Source: Alphaproteobacteria bacterium (GTDB lineage Bacteria; Pseudomonadota; Alphaproteobacteria; RF32; CAG-239). Taken from it: a DNA stretch of 64,000 nucleotides. This document shows positions 39,930 to 49,994 of this stretch, piece by piece. The position numbers and the translations under genes were made by a program. Position 1 is the stretch's first letter; each line of letters begins with the position of its first letter. The stretch spans positions 94,974 to 158,973 of the forward strand of contig CAAGHP010000020.1 in the NCBI GenBank assembly GCA_900769705.1. The letters run 5' to 3'. A model generated the notes under the pieces. That model worked only from the letters and a program-made list of their open reading frames with translations, was not told where the DNA came from and searched no databases.

Positions 39930-41033
39930 ATGAAAAAATTCAGACGTATTTGGATTGTAGCCTTAATTTTATTAGGTATTGCTCTGATTGAAGGCTTAAT
40001 AGTGGCTTATGATTTGCTGAGGCCAAATCCGGAAAACTTTCAGCTGGCAACGGCAAGCATTGAATTGCCGGCTCGCGAAATCAAAATCAGACCTTTTGTT
40101 TTTGAGGAGCATAACACGCCGCTTATGCAGCAAAAATTGAATAATATAAAAGCACAGATGACGGATTCTTTGCTGAATATTATTATCAATCAATCCGCGG
40201 TAAATATCAAGCCGGAAGCGGTATCAGATTCGGAAAGTGCAAATGCAGAAACCAAAGAAAAAACTGTAGAAGATAAACAGTTAAAAACTGAAAAAAAAAC
40301 TGAAAATATTGTAAAAAGCCGTGAACAAAAACAGGTTAAAATCATTACAGGCGGGCCTGTGATGATTGCGGTTGTGATTGATGACATGGGTGTAAGCATT
40401 CCTCATACACGCGATATTTTGAGTTTAGAAAAGCCTGTAACAGCATCTTTTTTGACATATGGCGCAGCTAATCGCAAACAAGTGAGAGAGGCTAAAGAAA
40501 AAGGCTTTGAAGTTATGCTGCATGTGCCGATGATGCCGCATGCCAAAGCAGATTTAGCGCCGATTACTTTATCGCCGAATATGACTGAAGATGAAATTAA
40601 AAATAATTTTGTGCAAATGCTCGACCGCTATAAAGGTTTAGGGATGAAAGGCATAAATAACCACATGGGCAGTCTTTTCACCGAAAATGAAAAAAGCCTG
40701 GGCTATGTTATGCAGATTTTAAAAGACCGTAATTTGTTCTTTTTGGATTCTAAAACTACGGCTAAATCAGTTGGTGCCAAAGTTGCGGCAGAATACGGCG
40801 TGCCGTATATTGCCAGAGATGTATTTTTAGATAATGAAAATGATTATAACTATATTATGAAACAGCTTCGCCAAACCGAAAAAATAGCGCATATGCGCGG
40901 CTATGCTGTGGCTATCGGCCATCCGCGTACGCAGACATATTTGGCTCTGCGCGATTGGATGAAGGAATTGTCGAAGCATAAAATACGTTTGGTACGTTTA
41001 GGAGATTTAGTTCGGGAAGTGAATAAAAAGTAA
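39930..41033 (+). CDS. Divergent polysaccharide deacetylase family protein (YibQ-like)
   Basis: IAVVIDDMG ... HMGS ... FLDSKTT..S. N-terminal TM anchor. Confidence 0.65.
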   Translation: MKKFRRIWIVALILLGIALIEGLIVAYDLLRPNPENFQLATASIELPAREIKIRPFVFEEHNTPLMQQKLNNIKAQMTDSLLNIIINQSAVNIKPEAVSDSESANAETKEKTVEDKQLKTEKKTENIVKSREQKQVKIITGGPVMIAVVIDDMGVSIPHTRDILSLEKPVTASFLTYGAANRKQVREAKEKGFEVMLHVPMMPHAKADLAPITLSPNMTEDEIKNNFVQMLDRYKGLGMKGINNHMGSLFTENEKSLGYVMQILKDRNLFFLDSKTTAKSVGAKVAAEYGVPYIARDVFLDNENDYNYIMKQLRQTEKIAHMRGYAVAIGHPRTQTYLALRDWMKELSKHKIRLVRLGDLVREVNKK

Positions 41034-41118
41034 GAAAATTAAAAAAAATTTGATTTTATGTAAAAAAGTTCTTGACCTTAACGAAAAATACAAGTATATA
41101 TACGCTTGTTCTTAATGT

Positions 41119-41193
41119 GGTCCCATCGTCTAATGGTTAGGACATCACCCTTTCACGGTGGCAATATGGGTTCGAGTCCCGTTGGGATCACCA
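41119..41193 (+). tRNA. tRNA-Glu (anticodon TTC)
   Basis: ggtccca acceptor, D-loop aatggtta, anticodon loop ctTTCac, T-loop ttcgagt, ends ACCA. The ORF-track entry 41158-41463 overlapping it is spurious. Confidence 0.85.
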
Positions 41194-41200
41194 ATACAAA

Positions 41201-41232
41201 CAGCAGGCAGTAAAAAGCCTGCTTTTTCTTTT
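41201..41232 (+). terminator. Terminator after tRNA-Glu
   Basis: cagcaggcagtaaaaagcctgct plus ttttctttt. Confidence 0.55.
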
Positions 41233-41869
41233 ATTTTCAAGTACTTATGCGATTTCGGATGTTGTATTTTCAAAAACTGCGATTTTGGAAAATTTTACGA
41301 ACTCGTTTATGCAAAAGTCTTTATTTTTCAATGTCTTGAGCGAGCTGGAATCTCGTTAGGTCTTTGGGATACTTTTTTATCATCAATCAGATTAGAAACC
41401 AGCCTAAAGGAAAAGTTTTTGACATTGACGACAAGTTATTCTTTATATTCTATCGCGTTATAGTTCGGAAAACGCGAGGTAAGCATCATCAATACACAAA
41501 AGCTCTATTATAAAGGCAGTTTTTTTATATATTATTAGATAATAAAATAATAAAAATCCCTTGTAAAAACAAGGGATTAAGAAATGGTGCGCGATACTAT
41601 GCGCGTATCGGACTAAAGAGTATGGGGATTTTAAGCGATTAGCAAATAAAATTGAACTTCTTATGGAAAGTCTTTCAATGCTACGGTCTTATCTTTAACA
41701 TTCTTGCGGATAAAGGCTTTAAGGCAGAGAATATCAATGTTTCGCCGAAACAATATTATAAAATATCTTATTTCCATTGTGGTTCTTGTGAAGTTATTTC
41801 TTTACTTTTTCCTCAATTTCATTTAGTCTGAACTCAAAATTAAGCGGCTGATTTAATAAGGAGTATGCA

Positions 41870-42499
41870 ATGCGGAAATTGTTTTTAATTCTAAGTGTTT
41901 GCTTGACTTTGGTGGGATGCGCGTTTCCGCAAACGCCGAATGAGAGCGATCTGTTGCGTGCCAGCCGTCAGTTTCGTCCCGCATTGTTTAACAGCGGCGC
42001 CCGCGGAGTGGTCATTACCTCTTTATCGGACAATGTGTCCGATGATGGGTTCTTTGGCGCCAATTATAACGATATTGTCGCTTTCAAAAATATAAAAACA
42101 AATGAAGTTTTTTATATGAGTACCATCTTGGACGGCAACAAATATGATACGGCGATGCTGCCGATAGGGGTATACGAGGTAACCAACCTTTATTTGCAAT
42201 ATATCTATACAACGACCGAACAGTATGGCAATACCCAAGTCGTCCGCACGGTGGTAGAAACAGATGAACATTATGAGGGCAACAGCAAAATCAGATTTAC
42301 GGTGCGCCCGCAGGAAGTGACCTATATCGGACATTTTGCATTGACAAAAACGGATAATGAGGTTTCAGCAGACGGACATATTAAGGCGAATTCTTTCAGC
42401 ATAACGGACAAATCTGATGAAATTTCAGATAAGCAGAAAATGGATTGGCAAAAAGAATTCGGCCAAAATTTTGTTGTCAGATTGGCAAAAGTTCAATAG
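41870..42499 (+). CDS. Hypothetical lipoprotein
   Basis: Signal peptide with lipobox LVGC. No family recognised. Confidence 0.5.
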   Translation: MRKLFLILSVCLTLVGCAFPQTPNESDLLRASRQFRPALFNSGARGVVITSLSDNVSDDGFFGANYNDIVAFKNIKTNEVFYMSTILDGNKYDTAMLPIGVYEVTNLYLQYIYTTTEQYGNTQVVRTVVETDEHYEGNSKIRFTVRPQEVTYIGHFALTKTDNEVSADGHIKANSFSITDKSDEISDKQKMDWQKEFGQNFVVRLAKVQ

Positions 42500-42509
42500 G
42501 AGAGCGCAG

Positions 42510-42878
42510 ATGAAAAAAGTCTTATTAGTAATTGCGATGATTGTTCTGACATCTTGCAGCACCACTATCGGAAATGAAAAATTGGCAGACAGCCGCATCA
42601 GTATAGAAAACCAAATGGTCGGCGTTTCTTCTAAAACAGACGCAAGAGAAAAATTCGGAACGCCGAATCTTGTGTTTCAGAAAAACAATTTGGAATATTA
42701 TGAATATCGAAAAATATATGGTGCCGGAAGATACCATTGGTTGATACCGCTCATTGGCTGGGTTATGTCATGGTTCCAAGATAATTATACTTTTGAGGAA
42801 ACAAATCTGTTTATAGGATTTGATAAATCTGGCAAAGTCGTTGATTATGATATTATCCAATCCGGCGGCACAATGTAA
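42510..42878 (+). CDS. Small lipoprotein, possibly BamE (SmpA/OmlA)-like
   Basis: Lipobox LTSC after MKKVLLVIAMIV. The pattern ...GVSSKTDAREKFGTPN...TNLFIGFDKSGKVVDY resembles BamE family beta-strands. Start moved to 42510 (SD ggagag). Confidence 0.4.
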   Translation: MKKVLLVIAMIVLTSCSTTIGNEKLADSRISIENQMVGVSSKTDAREKFGTPNLVFQKNNLEYYEYRKIYGAGRYHWLIPLIGWVMSWFQDNYTFEETNLFIGFDKSGKVVDYDIIQSGGTM

Positions 42879-43071
42879 AAGCCCAACAGAACGGTAAATA
42901 GAAATTTCAACATTGGAGCTTTAATTTATCAGACTGCTTGATTTTATTGGCTTTTGCTTAAAAAGTCCGATAGAAAATGAAAAAATGGTATTTTAGGGAA
43001 CGGAATTATCGGACTTTACGAGAGTCCGTTATACTAACAAAAAAAGCACCTCAAAAGGTGCTTATCATAAA

Positions 43072-43146
43072 TGGTGCCATTAGCAAGAATCGGACTTGCG
43101 ACCCCGTCATTACCAATGACGTGCTCTACCACTGAGCTATAATGGC
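43072..43146 (-). tRNA. tRNA-Thr (anticodon GGT)
   Basis: The minus strand reads GCCATTATAGCTCAGTGGTAGAGCACGTCATTGGTAATGACGGGGTCGCAAGTCCGATTCTTGCTAATGGCACCA. Perfect 7-bp acceptor. Anticodon loop ttGGTaa. Confidence 0.85.
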
Positions 43147-43305
43147 GTGACTATACTAAAACATAATACTTAACAGATGACGGGGTCTGCTCCCCCGCTT
43201 GTCGGTCTAGGCTCGCCGCGGTCGTTTACACTTTCCTTGCTTGCCAAGCCCTTCCAAGGCGTTACAGACAAAAATAACAAAAAATTGTTATTTTTGCTTA
43301 GCCGC

Positions 43306-43341
43306 TACCAATGACGTGCTCTACCACTGAGCTATAATGGC
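43306..43341 (-). repeat. 36-nt direct repeat identical to positions 1-36 (5' end through the anticodon) of the adjacent tRNA-Thr. Partial tRNA duplication, possible attachment-site scar.
   Basis: Exact match to 43111-43146. The sequence diverges immediately after the anticodon. Confidence 0.8.
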
Positions 43342-43520
43342 AACGGTAAAAACTCATTAACTGTAATATCTCAGCAACAAATTTCATATAACAACATACA
43401 GATATGATTTTAAAAATCAATGTATTTTTTTATAAAAGTGCAAAATTTATGCAAAATTTTTACCATTTACCGAATATAGTAACCGATGATTATTGTAAAA
43501 ATAAAGAGTTAGAGGGAAAA

Positions 43521-45629
43521 ATGAGCGCTAAAAATCCTGAAAAAAAAATAAAAAAAACCGATAAAACCGAAAATTTCGCTTTGTCTGAGCAGCCGGAAAG
43601 CTGGTTTGCTAATGGATTGCATCGTTTTATGATTGTTTTTAGCGTGATGTGGTTTGGTATTGTGGCTGTTTATATTACGGAGTTTTTCGGCTGGGATAAT
43701 CTTTTTTCTATGGTGCCGAATGAATTTAGCGGTTTTATGGCCGGTATGACACTGCCTTTGGCTATTGTTTGGGTGGTAATGGCGTATATTGACCGCGGCA
43801 GCAGTTTTAGAAACGAGACACAGATGCTGCGTGATTCGCTGAATCGGGTAATTTTTCCGGATTCTAACGGCAGCGATGCTACTAAAATGATTGCTGATGC
43901 CATAAAAGCACAGGTTTCCGACTTAAAAGAAACTACCCGCGATGTTTGCGCTCAGGCCGATGTGATTAAACGCGATTTAAGCGATCGTATTGCCGAGATG
44001 AAATCGCTTGCCGGAGAATTGGATACCTACTCTTCGCAAACAATGCAGGAACTGAATTCGGAAATTAAAAAATTGGTTGAAAATTTTACGTTTGTGGCCG
44101 AAAAAGCCGCTTCCACGACTGCTGATTTTAGGGTTAATACCATGCAGATACGCGAAGACAGCGAACAGCTTTCCAATATTATGAAACCTATGGTTAATGA
44201 AATGGTTACAGCTGCCGAAAATATTAAAGAGGTTGTTAATGTAAACAATGAAAATATAGAAAAAGCCCAAGCTCAGCTCAATAATTATTCTGAATCCAGC
44301 CAGTTGGCGATTGGACGGATTATAGAATCATGGGCTGAAAAAGGCGAGAATCTGGAAAAAACATTTTTGCGGACGGCCGAAAATTGCGAAGAGCTGTTTC
44401 ATCGTTTGGATTCTGGAATATCGCATATTGAAACCAGCATAAATGAACAAAAAAACGTAGTTGAACAGCAGTCGGCTATTTTGGATAAAAACTCAGGCTA
44501 TTTGGATAAAAAACTCGGCGAATACGGCAAGCTGATAAGTTTGGAAGTAGAAGCCATGATTGAGCGTTCAAATACTTTGGAACAAAATATTCAAACTCAG
44601 ATGAAAAATATGCGCGAAGCCTCTACTCAAACTGAAGAAATTTTTGGCCGTTTAGGCTCTGATATAGCTAATAAACGCCAGCTGCTTGAAACTGAAGGCA
44701 GCCGAATGATTAACAATATTCATTTGACTATAGGTACACTGGGCGATGAAGTGTCGCGTTTGCAGGATTTTTATAAAAATACGCAGGATAAAAACAGTGA
44801 GCTTGGCAAAGTTTTTTCTTCTATTGCTCAAACTTTAAAAGAAATGGAGGACGGCTTGCTTGCCAGTGTTAATAATTTCAGTACCAAAGCCGGCGGCGTG
44901 GTTGATAAATTTAATGAAGTTAATAGTCTTGTTTCCGGAAATATCGGTAAATTATCGGAAACCGCCGACAGTATTGCCAGCCAAAGCAAAACTAACGCCG
45001 GATTGCTGATAGAACAAGATGAATATGTCAACAAAGCTCTTGGCAGTTTAAAGCAAATCAGCACGCAGATTTCTGCTTTGAATAAAGATATGTCGGCATC
45101 TGCCGGTAATATCGGCAAAACATTATCTGTATATGAAAATAAAATGTCGGCGTTCAGCAAAGTTTTAGGCGAGCATTTAACTGATTTGAACGAAAATTAT
45201 GATAAAACTCAAAAGCAATATGATGAATTTAATCAAAAATTTAAGGTGGCGAGTATTGATACGTTTATGAAAAATTCCGCCGATATTATTAGTGAATTAG
45301 AGACCATTTCCATTGATATCAACAGTATCTTTAATAAAACCGGCGATGATGAAGTTTTATGGAAAAAGTATTATGAAGGTGACCACAGTGTGTTTGTGCG
45401 CTATCTTTCTAAGAATATGACCAAAAAAGAAGTGATAGCTGTGCGTGAAGATTACGAAAAAAAACCGGATTTTCGTGTTGTGGTTGACAAGTATCTGGAT
45501 GATTTTAACAGCCTGATAGAAGCAGCCCGCAGCAATAACCGCGCCAGTACATTGCTTGCTTTGATTTCCGGTTCGGATATCGGTAAAGTTTATTATATTT
45601 TGTCCCGCGCTTTAGGAAAGGTAAACTAG
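43521..45629 (+). CDS. Membrane-anchored protein with two N-terminal TM helices and a ~550-aa coiled-coil-rich region. No family recognised.
   Basis: TM segments FMIVFSVMWFGIVAVYITEFF and MAGMTLPLAIVWVVMAYI, then a heptad-like, Q/E/K/N-rich sequence. Start placed at MSAKNPEKK (SD gagggaaaa). Confidence 0.5.
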   Translation: MSAKNPEKKIKKTDKTENFALSEQPESWFANGLHRFMIVFSVMWFGIVAVYITEFFGWDNLFSMVPNEFSGFMAGMTLPLAIVWVVMAYIDRGSSFRNETQMLRDSLNRVIFPDSNGSDATKMIADAIKAQVSDLKETTRDVCAQADVIKRDLSDRIAEMKSLAGELDTYSSQTMQELNSEIKKLVENFTFVAEKAASTTADFRVNTMQIREDSEQLSNIMKPMVNEMVTAAENIKEVVNVNNENIEKAQAQLNNYSESSQLAIGRIIESWAEKGENLEKTFLRTAENCEELFHRLDSGISHIETSINEQKNVVEQQSAILDKNSGYLDKKLGEYGKLISLEVEAMIERSNTLEQNIQTQMKNMREASTQTEEIFGRLGSDIANKRQLLETEGSRMINNIHLTIGTLGDEVSRLQDFYKNTQDKNSELGKVFSSIAQTLKEMEDGLLASVNNFSTKAGGVVDKFNEVNSLVSGNIGKLSETADSIASQSKTNAGLLIEQDEYVNKALGSLKQISTQISALNKDMSASAGNIGKTLSVYENKMSAFSKVLGEHLTDLNENYDKTQKQYDEFNQKFKVASIDTFMKNSADIISELETISIDINSIFNKTGDDEVLWKKYYEGDHSVFVRYLSKNMTKKEVIAVREDYEKKPDFRVVVDKYLDDFNSLIEAARSNNRASTLLALISGSDIGKVYYILSRALGKVN

Positions 45630-45632
45630 CCT

Positions 45633-46592
45633 ATGACTTTCGGCGGATTCAACAGTCCGGTGTTTTTAGCGCCAATGGCCGGAGTTACGGACAGACCGTT
45701 CCGGCAGATTTTGACATCCTGCGGCCAAGGCAATATGTATGCAGAAATGGCGGCAATAAATGCTTTACAGCGCAAGAATCCTAAAAGCTGGCAAATTGCC
45801 GATGTGCGCTCCGAAAATTATCCGGTAGTGGTTCAGCTGGTGGGTAATGACGCTGGTTTGTTTGCCGAAGCGGCAAAATTAGTAGCTGATTTGGGCGCGC
45901 GTTCTTTGGATATTAACATGGGCTGTCCTGTTAAAAAAATTGTCAATAATGAGTCCGGTTCGGCATTGATGAAAGATATGCCTCGCGCCGCTGAAATTAT
46001 TGAAGCCGTGGTAAAAGCTACTTCACTCACCGTTAGTGTAAAATTCCGCAAAGGCTGGGATAATGAGCATATAAACGCTGTTGAGTTTGCCAAGATGTGC
46101 GAAGAAAGCGGTGCTTCATATATTACTGTGCATGGGCGCACGCGGGCGCAGGGCTATAGCGGCGAAGCGGATTGGAATATCATTAAAGCCGTAAAAGAAA
46201 GCGTCAGAATACCGGTTATCGGCAACGGAGACATCGATTCGCCGCAAAAAGCTAAACAGCGAATGGCTGAAAGCGGAGTTGATGGAGTTATGATTGGCCG
46301 AGCCGTGCTGGGCAATCCGTGGTTGTTAAATCAAACGCATAAATATTTGCTGCATGGCATACTGCCTGCTGAGCCGTCAGTGCGACAAATCAAAGAAATT
46401 TTGCTGAAGCATTTGCGTATGCTTGTGGATTATTACGGCGAAAAAGCCGGAATTGCCGTATCGCGCAAGCATGTAGGCTGGTATGTGCGCAGTTTGTACG
46501 AGGCCAAAAAGTTTCGCGAGCAATATACAAAGCTTACAGATTTTGGAACAGCTGAAAAGCTGATAAATGATTATTTTGCGGGGTTGGAATAA
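45633..46592 (+). CDS. dusB: tRNA-dihydrouridine synthase (DusB/NifR3-like)
   Basis: LAPMAGVTD.PFR TIM-barrel flavoenzyme motif. NMGCP. C-terminal helical domain. Confidence 0.85.
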   Translation: MTFGGFNSPVFLAPMAGVTDRPFRQILTSCGQGNMYAEMAAINALQRKNPKSWQIADVRSENYPVVVQLVGNDAGLFAEAAKLVADLGARSLDINMGCPVKKIVNNESGSALMKDMPRAAEIIEAVVKATSLTVSVKFRKGWDNEHINAVEFAKMCEESGASYITVHGRTRAQGYSGEADWNIIKAVKESVRIPVIGNGDIDSPQKAKQRMAESGVDGVMIGRAVLGNPWLLNQTHKYLLHGILPAEPSVRQIKEILLKHLRMLVDYYGEKAGIAVSRKHVGWYVRSLYEAKKFREQYTKLTDFGTAEKLINDYFAGLE

Positions 46593-47959
46593 TGAAAATT
46601 GTTATCGGCGGCGCTTCAAGCGTCGGTAAAAGTTTAGTCGGATATTTAAGTTTGGGCAACAATGATATTGTTGTTGTGGATGAAGATGCCGCAAAACTGG
46701 ATGATATTGCTAAAGAATATGATATCCAGCCGGTTACCGGGTCTATATCTAATCCGGATGTTCAAGAAGCCGTTGGTATGAAAAAAGCCGATATGCTGAT
46801 TGCTGTGACTGAAAATGACGAGGTTAATCTGGTGTCTTGTCAGGTGGCATATACTTTGTTCGGCGTGCCGCGTAAAATTGCCCGTGTGGATTCGCAATAT
46901 TTTTTGAATCCGCTTTGGAATAAGCTTTATAATGAAAAAAGCCTGCCGGTAGATTTAGTAATCACTCCGGATATTGAAATAGCCAAGTTCTTGCTCGGAT
47001 TGTTTAAATTACCGGGAAGTATGGCTGTTTATCCGTTTTTGAATGATGAATTAAATCTTTTTTGTTTCCGCCAAAAAGATACGGATATTCCGTTTATGAA
47101 ATTTTCGCTGAATCATATCAACAGCAAATTATCCGAACTTTCGGCAGCTGTGGTAATGATTTTGCGTGGAAATCACCGTATTTTAGCCGGAGCTGAGGAC
47201 ATATATCTGCAGCGTAACGATATTATTTATATTGCCTGTCCACCGGAACGCAACATTGATGTGATGCGGCTGTTCGGGGTAGATCATAATCCTTATGAAA
47301 AAACGGTAATTTTTGGAGCAAACGCCATTTCTTATTATTTGGCCTCTCAGCTGGAAAGCGATGAAAACGTTATAAGCTGCAGTATTGTTGAAAATGACAC
47401 GGCTAAAGCGCATCGTTTGGCCGAAAAATTGAATAAAGCATCGGTTATTGCCGGAGAAATGATGAGCGACCGTATTTTAGAAGACGCAGGGTTTGCAGCG
47501 GCAGATGTCAGCGTGGCGGTTACCGAAAAAGATAAAGATAACCTTTTAATTTCGCTGTTGGCTTCCAAAAATAAAGATACTCAAGCTGTGTCGCTGGTAA
47601 ATTCCCGCGAATATAATTTGCTGGCCACAAATATCCGCAACAATACGATTATAGACCGTTCGGTTATTACGGTTTCCGGAATTTTGCAATATCTGCGCCG
47701 CGCCCGTATCAATGAAGCGTATGCACTTGGGCGTGAAATGGGAGAAATTTGGGAGATTCGCTTGGGAGAAGACAGCAGTAATGCCGGACAAACCATTTTG
47801 GAACTGAAATTGCCGGAAAACAGTGCTGTTTTAGCAGTGGCAAGCGATGATAAATTTATCTTTCATCCGGCGGAATATAAATTAAAGGAAAATGACAAAT
47901 TGATTGTCTATGTGTCTCCTGCCGATATTCGGGCGATTGAACGTATATTTTATCGATAA
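46592..47959 (+). CDS. trkA: Trk system potassium uptake protein TrkA (two RCK_N plus two RCK_C domains)
   Basis: MKIVIGGASSVGKSL Rossmann start. 455 aa with a duplicated domain architecture. Confidence 0.75.
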   Translation: MKIVIGGASSVGKSLVGYLSLGNNDIVVVDEDAAKLDDIAKEYDIQPVTGSISNPDVQEAVGMKKADMLIAVTENDEVNLVSCQVAYTLFGVPRKIARVDSQYFLNPLWNKLYNEKSLPVDLVITPDIEIAKFLLGLFKLPGSMAVYPFLNDELNLFCFRQKDTDIPFMKFSLNHINSKLSELSAAVVMILRGNHRILAGAEDIYLQRNDIIYIACPPERNIDVMRLFGVDHNPYEKTVIFGANAISYYLASQLESDENVISCSIVENDTAKAHRLAEKLNKASVIAGEMMSDRILEDAGFAAADVSVAVTEKDKDNLLISLLASKNKDTQAVSLVNSREYNLLATNIRNNTIIDRSVITVSGILQYLRRARINEAYALGREMGEIWEIRLGEDSSNAGQTILELKLPENSAVLAVASDDKFIFHPAEYKLKENDKLIVYVSPADIRAIERIFYR

Positions 47960-48089
47960 ATGCTTAGAAATAAAGCTAAAAACTCTTGAAATTTAAAAAA
48001 AATGCGCTATTGTTAGGCAACTTTAAGCACGTGGTATGTATTTTCCGCGCAGCTTTTTTGTGGAGATTTTATAAAAGGAAAATTTAATA

Positions 48090-49913
48090 ATGAGTATGAG
48101 AAACATTGCCATCATCGCCCACGTTGACCACGGTAAAACTACTTTGGTAGACGGGCTGTTGCGCCAAAGCGGTACATTCCGCGATAATCAAAAAGTAGCT
48201 GACTGCGTTATGGATAGTAACGCTTTGGAGCGTGAAAGAGGTATTACCATTCTTTCTAAATGTACTTCTGTTGATTGGCATGGTACTCACATAAATATTG
48301 TAGATACTCCGGGACACGCAGATTTTGGCGGCGAAGTAGAACGTATTTTATCAATGGTTGATGGAGTTGTTTTGCTGGTTGATGCTTCCGAAGGCCCAAT
48401 GCCGCAAACCAAGTTCGTTTTAGGCAAGGCTTTGAAAATTGGCTTAAAACCGATTGTGGTTATTAACAAAGCCGATAAGCCTGATGCCCGTCCGGACGAA
48501 GTTTTGAATGAAATCTTTGATTTGTTTGTTAGCTTGAATGCTAATGATGAACAGCTGGATTTTCCTATTTTGTACGCTTCTGGCCGCAATGGCTGGGCTG
48601 TACGCGATTTAGCAGATGAACACAAGGATTTAACGCCGCTGTTTGAAACTATTTTGTCCTATGTCAGCGAACCGGTCTGCGAACCTGATAAACCTTTCAG
48701 AATGTTGGCGACAACTTTGGAATCAGATAAATTTGTCGGACGTATTCTGACCGGTAAAATCCAGAGCGGCAGCGTAAAAGTAAACGATGCTGTAAAAGTC
48801 ATCAACGAACATGGTGAAGTTGAACGCGCAAAAATTACAAAAATTATGGCCTATAAAGGCTTGGATAGAGTAGCTTTGGATTCGGCTCATGCCGGCGATA
48901 TTGTGGCTGTAGCCGGTATTGTTAAAGGTACGGTTGCCGATACTATCTGCGCTCCGGAAGTAGATGTAAAAGATTATATTAAGGCTCAGCCGATTGATCC
49001 TCCGACATTGGCTATGACCTTTTCGGTAAATGATTCTCCGCTGGCTGGCAAAGAAGGCGACAAAGTTACTTCCCGTGTGATTTGGGCGCGTCTGGAAAAA
49101 GAAGCAGAAGGAAATATCGCTTTGAAAATTTCCCGCACCGATAATTCTGATACTTTTGAAGTTGCCGGACGCGGCGAGTTGCAGCTCGGTGTTTTGATTG
49201 AAACTATGCGCCGTGAAGGCTTTGAACTTTCTATTTCTCGTCCGCGCGTTATTATGAAACGTGATGAAAACGGTCAGCTTTTAGAGCCGGTTGAAGAAGT
49301 TGTTGTGGATGTAGATGAAGAATTTTCAGGCGCTGTAGTTGAAAAATTGAGCAAGCGCCGTGCTGAATTGGTGGAAATGATTCCATCGCAGGTTGGCAAT
49401 AAAGTTCGTTTGATTTTCCATGCACCTTCACGTGGCTTAATCGGTTATCACTCTGAATTTTTGACAGATACCCGCGGTACCGGTGTTATGAACCGTATTT
49501 TCTACGCTTTTGAGCCATATAAAGGCGAGATTGAAGACCGCCGCAACGGTGTGATGATTTCCAGCGAAAACGGACAGGCTATTGCATATTCTTTATGGAA
49601 ACTGCAAGACCGCGGCCCGATGTTTGTTGAACACAATAGTCCGGTTTATGTCGGCATGATTATCGGCGAGCATACAAAATACAATGATATTGAAGTAAAC
49701 CCGACAAAATCTAAGCAGCTGACCAATATTCGCGCTGCCGGTAAAGATGAGGCGATTGACCTTATTCCGCCGCGTAAAATGAGTTTGGAACAGGCTTTGG
49801 CTTATATTCAATCTGATGAGCTTTTAGAGGTTACTCCTAAGTCTTTGCGCCTGCGTAAGCGTATTTTGGATCCGATTGCCCGCAAACGTGCCAAACCGGA
49901 AACTGTAGAATAA
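48090..49913 (+). CDS. typA: Translational GTPase TypA/BipA
   Basis: [17 protein letters not shown] ... [14 protein letters not shown] ... NKAD. Confidence 0.95.
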   Translation: MSMRNIAIIAHVDHGKTTLVDGLLRQSGTFRDNQKVADCVMDSNALERERGITILSKCTSVDWHGTHINIVDTPGHADFGGEVERILSMVDGVVLLVDASEGPMPQTKFVLGKALKIGLKPIVVINKADKPDARPDEVLNEIFDLFVSLNANDEQLDFPILYASGRNGWAVRDLADEHKDLTPLFETILSYVSEPVCEPDKPFRMLATTLESDKFVGRILTGKIQSGSVKVNDAVKVINEHGEVERAKITKIMAYKGLDRVALDSAHAGDIVAVAGIVKGTVADTICAPEVDVKDYIKAQPIDPPTLAMTFSVNDSPLAGKEGDKVTSRVIWARLEKEAEGNIALKISRTDNSDTFEVAGRGELQLGVLIETMRREGFELSISRPRVIMKRDENGQLLEPVEEVVVDVDEEFSGAVVEKLSKRRAELVEMIPSQVGNKVRLIFHAPSRGLIGYHSEFLTDTRGTGVMNRIFYAFEPYKGEIEDRRNGVMISSENGQAIAYSLWKLQDRGPMFVEHNSPVYVGMIIGEHTKYNDIEVNPTKSKQLTNIRAAGKDEAIDLIPPRKMSLEQALAYIQSDELLEVTPKSLRLRKRILDPIARKRAKPETVE

Positions 49914-49918
49914 AAATA

Positions 49919-49946
49919 AAGCGCCCTAGCGGCGCTTTTCTTTATT
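49919..49946 (+). terminator. Intrinsic terminator after typA
   Basis: agcgccctagcggcgct plus tttctttatt. Confidence 0.55.
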
Positions 49947-49994
49947 GAATTTTAAGCATTTTTGCGCTACTCTGAAAGCATTGAGGAGAAAATT

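Noticed and set aside
41158-41463. 101-aa ORF starting inside tRNA-Glu
   Set aside because: It overlaps a confidently folded tRNA and continues through an AT-rich terminator region. There is no RBS.
43147-43305. Possibility that the GC-rich spacer beside tRNA-Thr is the SRP (4.5S) RNA or tmRNA
   Set aside because: I could not find the conserved SRP domain-IV motif (…GGAAG…AGCAG…GNRA tetraloop context), a tRNA-like T-arm, or CCA-end features. It is left as an unidentified structured element in the findings.
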